From Oligoflexales bacterium (lineage in GTDB: Bacteria; Bdellovibrionota_B; Oligoflexia; Oligoflexales; Bog-1112), in the NCBI GenBank assembly GCA_045106415.1, contig JBGCEP010000018.1:34047-98046 (forward strand): a stretch of DNA of 64,000 bases, read 5' to 3'. Position 1 is the stretch's first letter. Each line of letters opens with the position of its first letter. A program made the translations under genes and the position numbers. The notes under the pieces are model-generated. The model did no database searches. It was not told where the DNA came from and was given only the letters and a program-made list of their open reading frames with translations. Positions 59,917-64,000 of this stretch are shown here, in pieces.

Positions 59917-60591
59917 TTAGAAGGCAAGACTAACACCACCAGATAATTGCCACATGGTATACGTTCCAACCCCAATATGAAACTGACTTGCAACCTTAAA
60001 TCCTCTTTCAATGGGCCACTCTGCACCACCACCAGCAAAAAGCATTGTTGCTAGATCAAGCTTACTTACTCCTGTAATGGAGTCATACAGACCTTGCTTC
60101 ATAAGACCAAGCTCGCCACTCACAAATATTTGCATCCCTTTTCCACCTAAAAGGTAAAGTTGAGACCCAAAAAGGTGACCTTCAATCACGCCGCTGTATT
60201 CAAGCATTCTATCGTTCAAGGTTTCCTGTAGTGTCACAGCCATAGGCAGGTAGCGATAGCTCCCAAAAAGAGCACCCATCACCTTCATATCTAAATCATA
60301 CAAAACCTGAATGTCAGCAACACCACCCACAGTTGCCTCTGTTCCGGAAAACCCTGCAAGCCCCACACTTGTTCCTAAGGAAAACTTATCCAGAAACGTT
60401 GGAGATTTTGCTTTTTGCTCTGCTTCGACTTTTTTCGCAGCTTGAGTAGCCTTAGGTGTCTTGACTGGCTGCTTCATCAGAGGTTGTTTTGCAACAGGTA
60501 GCGCTGGCGCCTCTGGCACTTTCTTTTTTTGACTTGGTGTTCCGTAAACCACATTGGATAAACACACCATCATTAGAATTGATATTCGCAT
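59917..60591 (-). CDS. small outer-membrane beta-barrel protein (predicted)
   Basis: Signal peptide, Lys/Pro/Ala-rich linker, alternating-hydrophobic beta strands and a C-terminal ...GGVSLAF (terminal Phe). GGGAG SD. Confidence 0.65.
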   Translation of the reverse strand: MRISILMMVCLSNVVYGTPSQKKKVPEAPALPVAKQPLMKQPVKTPKATQAAKKVEAEQKAKSPTFLDKFSLGTSVGLAGFSGTEATVGGVADIQVLYDLDMKVMGALFGSYRYLPMAVTLQETLNDRMLEYSGVIEGHLFGSQLYLLGGKGMQIFVSGELGLMKQGLYDSITGVSKLDLATMLFAGGGAEWPIERGFKVASQFHIGVGTYTMWQLSGGVSLAF

Positions 60592-60600
60592 GTTTTCTCC

Positions 60601-61704
60601 CTATATCAACATTTTCATTTGCACTGAGTATCTGCGTTCTGCCAACGAATCTGTCTGCCCAACGACGACACCGTGATCAACAACCCAACTCGCTACTCGC
60701 AAGTTCAAAAATCCAACATCAAACTGCACACCGCCAGTTAAATAACCTTGAGAGAGCCCGGTCTGTAGCTTCAAGATTCGGCTCACACCAAATTCCATCC
60801 CCATATTAAACTTCTTTGAAAAGTGGATAGGTTGATTCAAGGCATGACCATCAACAGCCACAAGAAGATAACTCTTAGAGCTTTGGTATGGCTTAAAACT
60901 AAATCCTGTATTCACAGTTGGTTTCCTTGCCTCAGGAGCTTCTTCTGTCGAAGCCTGGAGCACTGTTCCACCAAAGTCCATAATACTCACACCAATTGTC
61001 GGCGACAAAGGCTTCACAGGGGTCAATAACAACCCCAGATCCATACCTGCGCCAAAGCCTGAACGAAACAAGTCTTGCAGTTTGCCTTCTGAAATCTTTC
61101 CTAATGTTTGTAAGCCTAAATTATCATCAACCCCTGCTCGAGCCGCTACTTTCACTGAAGCGCCCAAACTCAATCGGTCTTCAAAAAAATTCCAAGCAAA
61201 ACCCATTGGAGCAACCACTGTGGTCCCGGTTCTTAGGTCAATACTTGTATCTTTAATCGCCGTCAGCCCAACCTCTGTCGTGATCCCTGCTCCAACACCC
61301 CACCCTTTCCCAACTAAGTGAGGTACAACTGTAAAACCCGCACTATGAATCTTCCCGCTTTGCGCTCGAAACGTCTCGAGCAAATCAGCTAATTCAGAGT
61401 TCTTCCCTACTGTATTGATCAACTGCCCTAAGAAACTTTGTGTATTCAAAGCTGCATAACCTGCTGCATTGAAAAACTCTCCGTCCCATGTTTTTAACCT
61501 CGCCAAACCGGCTGGGTTATAAAACAAAGCATTATAGTCATCCACAACAGCAACAAACGCATTCCCCATTCCGAGCGGCCTTAAACCATAATGCGTCCAA
61601 GATAACGGCGTCGTTAACGACTTACCAAACCCATTGAAACTTGCTAAAAGAGCCAAACAGACCCCTACACAAGTTCGCCTCATAGAGGCTTTTCCTTGCA
61701 ACAT
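60601..61704 (-). CDS. outer-membrane beta-barrel protein (PorV/TraF_2/FadL-like N-terminal motif)
   Basis: Signal peptide, then LGMGNAFVAVVDDYNALFYNPAGLA, a motif seen in several OM channel families, then a beta-strand periodicity throughout. An alternative start is ATG 61683. Confidence 0.7.
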   Translation of the reverse strand: MLQGKASMRRTCVGVCLALLASFNGFGKSLTTPLSWTHYGLRPLGMGNAFVAVVDDYNALFYNPAGLARLKTWDGEFFNAAGYAALNTQSFLGQLINTVGKNSELADLLETFRAQSGKIHSAGFTVVPHLVGKGWGVGAGITTEVGLTAIKDTSIDLRTGTTVVAPMGFAWNFFEDRLSLGASVKVAARAGVDDNLGLQTLGKISEGKLQDLFRSGFGAGMDLGLLLTPVKPLSPTIGVSIMDFGGTVLQASTEEAPEARKPTVNTGFSFKPYQSSKSYLLVAVDGHALNQPIHFSKKFNMGMEFGVSRILKLQTGLSQGYLTGGVQFDVGFLNLRVASWVVDHGVVVGQTDSLAERRYSVQMKMLI

Positions 61705-61999
61705 AAATCACTCCAACCGAGTCCACAATTTCACGACTTCATATCTATTTTGACGTCATGTCGGTTTTTTTGACAACCTTTCAACGTTTTTGCTAAACCT
61801 TCAAACGAAGGGGCCTGACACAAGAGGATATTATTGTTCGCTTTTGTGATTTTTTTTTGAAAACCTGAATTTTATTCACAGAAGATCACAATACACCTGC
61901 GCAAGTCTCTATACCTCTTTCAAAGTTTGTGAAAGCTGGTTATCATGTTCAAGCATTTGCTGTCACAAGTGATGAGCACCACCCTATGAGGAAACTCTT

Positions 62000-62593
62000 A
62001 TGAGTAAATCAGAAGTTGCCTCTGAGAGGAAACAACAAATTGTTACAGCTACGGTCGAGTGTATTACTCGTCATGGTTATCACAATTTCTCTATGCAGGA
62101 TGTCGCAAATACAGCTGGCGTAAGTAAAGGCATCATTCACTATTACTTTCTCAACAAAGACGATCTTATGATGGCCGTCTTAGAGCAAGTGGCCACAAAC
62201 ATTGAGCTGGTCCTACAGTCTTGCATGACAAACCACAGCGACCCTGAAGAACAGCTGCGAGCATTAGTGCACATCCTTCTAGACATTGCACGCAGCTCAA
62301 AAGAGTATTATCAGGTCAGCATGGACTTTTGGACACAAATCAATCAGAAACCGGAAATCCATGCCGTCATAGCAAAGCATTATCAAAAATTTAGAGAGAC
62401 ATGTATCCGCGTCATTCAATCAGGCATCGACAAGCAAATTTTTGCTCCCATCGATCCTTTTGAGTACAGCTCCTATCTTATCGCTATAGCAGATGGCTTA
62501 AGCCTGCAGTGGTTATTTGATCCGGAGAGTTTTAATAATGGCATACAAAAACACGTGCTAGAATGGGCGATTGAACCTCTCAAAAAAACTTGA
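62000..62593 (+). CDS. TetR/AcrR-family transcriptional regulator
   Basis: N-terminal HTH ITRHGYHNFSMQDVANTAGVSKGIIHYYFLNKDDL with a helical ligand domain. Confidence 0.9.
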   Translation: MSKSEVASERKQQIVTATVECITRHGYHNFSMQDVANTAGVSKGIIHYYFLNKDDLMMAVLEQVATNIELVLQSCMTNHSDPEEQLRALVHILLDIARSSKEYYQVSMDFWTQINQKPEIHAVIAKHYQKFRETCIRVIQSGIDKQIFAPIDPFEYSSYLIAIADGLSLQWLFDPESFNNGIQKHVLEWAIEPLKKT

Positions 62594-62594
62594 A

Positions 62595-63650
62595 ATGAAA
62601 GCACTTGCCATGGAACTCGATCAACGCTTAGAAAAAATTCTACAAGCAGATGTTGGGCAAATTCCAGAACATATGAATTTGCAAGAGTGTCTTGAAACCC
62701 TTGAGCAACATGAATGCTGGGAGGCTTACACTTCTTTAGTTTACTCACAACGAACATACGACGGTTGGATTTCTTTAGCTCGCATTCAAAGCCTTCAGCA
62801 ACAAAATATTCAAGCCACTATTCATAGCCTGAAACAACTCATCCAAGATCATCACGTCTCTGCTTCAGAAATCATTAGTGATATTCTTGGTAAAATCACA
62901 CCTCCTCATAACCCCACACGCCAATTCGATCTTCTTAACGGCATTTGGGACAGTTTCGCTGAGCATCAAGATAAGATTATTTGTTGTGAAGCCATAGCAA
63001 ACATATTAGAGAAACAACTTCGCCACAGCCACTCTCTAGAGGATGTTCATAAGCTGCTTTTAAAGCTCGACCCTCATAATATTAAAGCCCTCCTTTTCTT
63101 CAAAACACTCTTCCGACAAGAAGAAAAATGGGAAAACATGGCTGAAATATGCAAGACACTCTTAAGCACCAAGCGCCACCCCGCTGAACATGGTAGAGTC
63201 GCACAAGAATATGCCGCCATACTTTTATATCAACTAGATGCACCACAAGCATGCCTCCAAGTTCTTGAAGAGCACTGCTCTAATACAAAAATTGACCAAA
63301 CAACACTAAAGTTCGACGCCTGGAAACATCTTAAACAATGGGATCTTTGCCTCCAGCTTTTACATCAAACCTTAGCAACAACTCACAATCAAAAAGCAAT
63401 TGCAGTCCTATATTTTCGCCAAGCCCAAATTCAAGAGCTAGCTCAGCAGCAGCAGCACGCATTTGAATGTTACCAAAAAGCAATTCAAAACTATCCTCAT
63501 TTTCTTGAAGCTGCAGAACAATGGATTCGACTTTGTTTTGAACAACAGAATAAAGAAGAGCTTATAAAAGTGATCGATTTTCTAGAAAAATCAGCAGAAA
63601 ACAACAGCGAAATGCTACATCGGATACAAACTATAAAAGCTGTTTTATAA
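62595..63650 (+). CDS. hypothetical all-helical (TPR-like) protein
   Basis: ATG 62595 lies 1 nt after the tetR stop. About 351 aa with helical-repeat composition (AFECYQKAIQNYPHFLEA). Confidence 0.65.
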   Translation: MKALAMELDQRLEKILQADVGQIPEHMNLQECLETLEQHECWEAYTSLVYSQRTYDGWISLARIQSLQQQNIQATIHSLKQLIQDHHVSASEIISDILGKITPPHNPTRQFDLLNGIWDSFAEHQDKIICCEAIANILEKQLRHSHSLEDVHKLLLKLDPHNIKALLFFKTLFRQEEKWENMAEICKTLLSTKRHPAEHGRVAQEYAAILLYQLDAPQACLQVLEEHCSNTKIDQTTLKFDAWKHLKQWDLCLQLLHQTLATTHNQKAIAVLYFRQAQIQELAQQQQHAFECYQKAIQNYPHFLEAAEQWIRLCFEQQNKEELIKVIDFLEKSAENNSEMLHRIQTIKAVL

Positions 63651-63666
63651 AACGCAGGAACACATT

Positions 63667-64000
63667 ATGCCAATTTCTCACAACGCTATTCATCATCGTT
63701 TTGAGCCTGCAATCGCGCGGAAAATGGATCATCAAAAAATACTCCGTCCATACTTTCACACCCACAAACATCATGAGCACATTGTCTTATTTACAGATGA
63801 CACAACAAACAAAAATCTCATACCTCATCAACAAGTCTGTTTAGCACCTCTACAGATTGAACAACTCTACAACCATTATCAAAACACATCTCACCCACAG
63901 ACTTGGATAAGCTATGGGTATGAAGATTTACGAAAAAGCAAAAAATTAAGCGTAACTGGGGAATATCTTCAAATCCTCTACCCAAATCACCACTTGAAGC
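63667..64000 (+). CDS. 5' part of a hypothetical gene running off the right edge
   Basis: AGGAA SD lies 6 nt before ATG 63667. I read 111 codons open to the window end (MPISHNAIHHRFEPAIARKMDHQ...). It is truncated, so it is absent from the ORF track. Confidence 0.5.
   Translation, partial: MPISHNAIHHRFEPAIARKMDHQKILRPYFHTHKHHEHIVLFTDDTTNKNLIPHQQVCLAPLQIEQLYNHYQNTSHPQTWISYGYEDLRKSKKLSVTGEYLQILYPNHHLK

Overview
Densely packed, moderately AT-rich bacterial chromosomal window with about 70 supportable protein genes, 4 tRNAs and one decayed insertion sequence. I found no rRNA, CRISPR array, intact mobile element or recognisable defence or toxin cassette. Most of it is core housekeeping: trxA, rnhB, rplS, a CofH/MqnC/MqnE-type radical SAM gene, a UbiA/UbiX-type prenylation pair, methylmalonyl-CoA mutase with MeaB, hutH, rpe-def, lon and grpE. 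It also carries the string tRNA-Gln/prs/rplY/pth/rpsF/rplI/dnaB, two Hsp100 unfoldases (one ClpB-like, one ClpC-like), rpmI-rplT, rny, ddl-lspA, queA, scpA-scpB-rluB and recN. Between these lie many signal-peptide or outer-membrane hypotheticals, TPR proteins and small regulators. The gene set (RNase Y in a diderm, outer-membrane beta-barrels, futalosine-style quinone genes, many secreted unknowns) fits a Bdellovibrionota/Oligoflexia-like or other delta-type lineage, but I cannot verify that without a database search. Genes are very tightly spaced, with ATGA/TGATG coupling and several convergent 3' overlaps. I found no clear-cut novel system. The observations most worth a second look are listed here. 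(1) A HAL-type MIO lyase translationally coupled to a small exported protein and a rhomboid-TPR protease. (2) A co-directional string: UbiA, UbiX, CDF exporter, pseudo-receiver OmpR-type regulator, then a tetrahaem cytochrome with a degenerate phosphoesterase-like N-domain. (3) A coupled two-gene cassette of unknown function at 15.1-16.3 kb. (4) rpsF abutting rplI with no rpsR, with a 9-bp tandem repeat encoding a (DRG)7 tail on S6. (5) A TetR-divergent outer-membrane barrel and lipoprotein cluster. (6) An IS630-family transposase relic. All functional calls rest on motif recognition by eye, and no searches were run.
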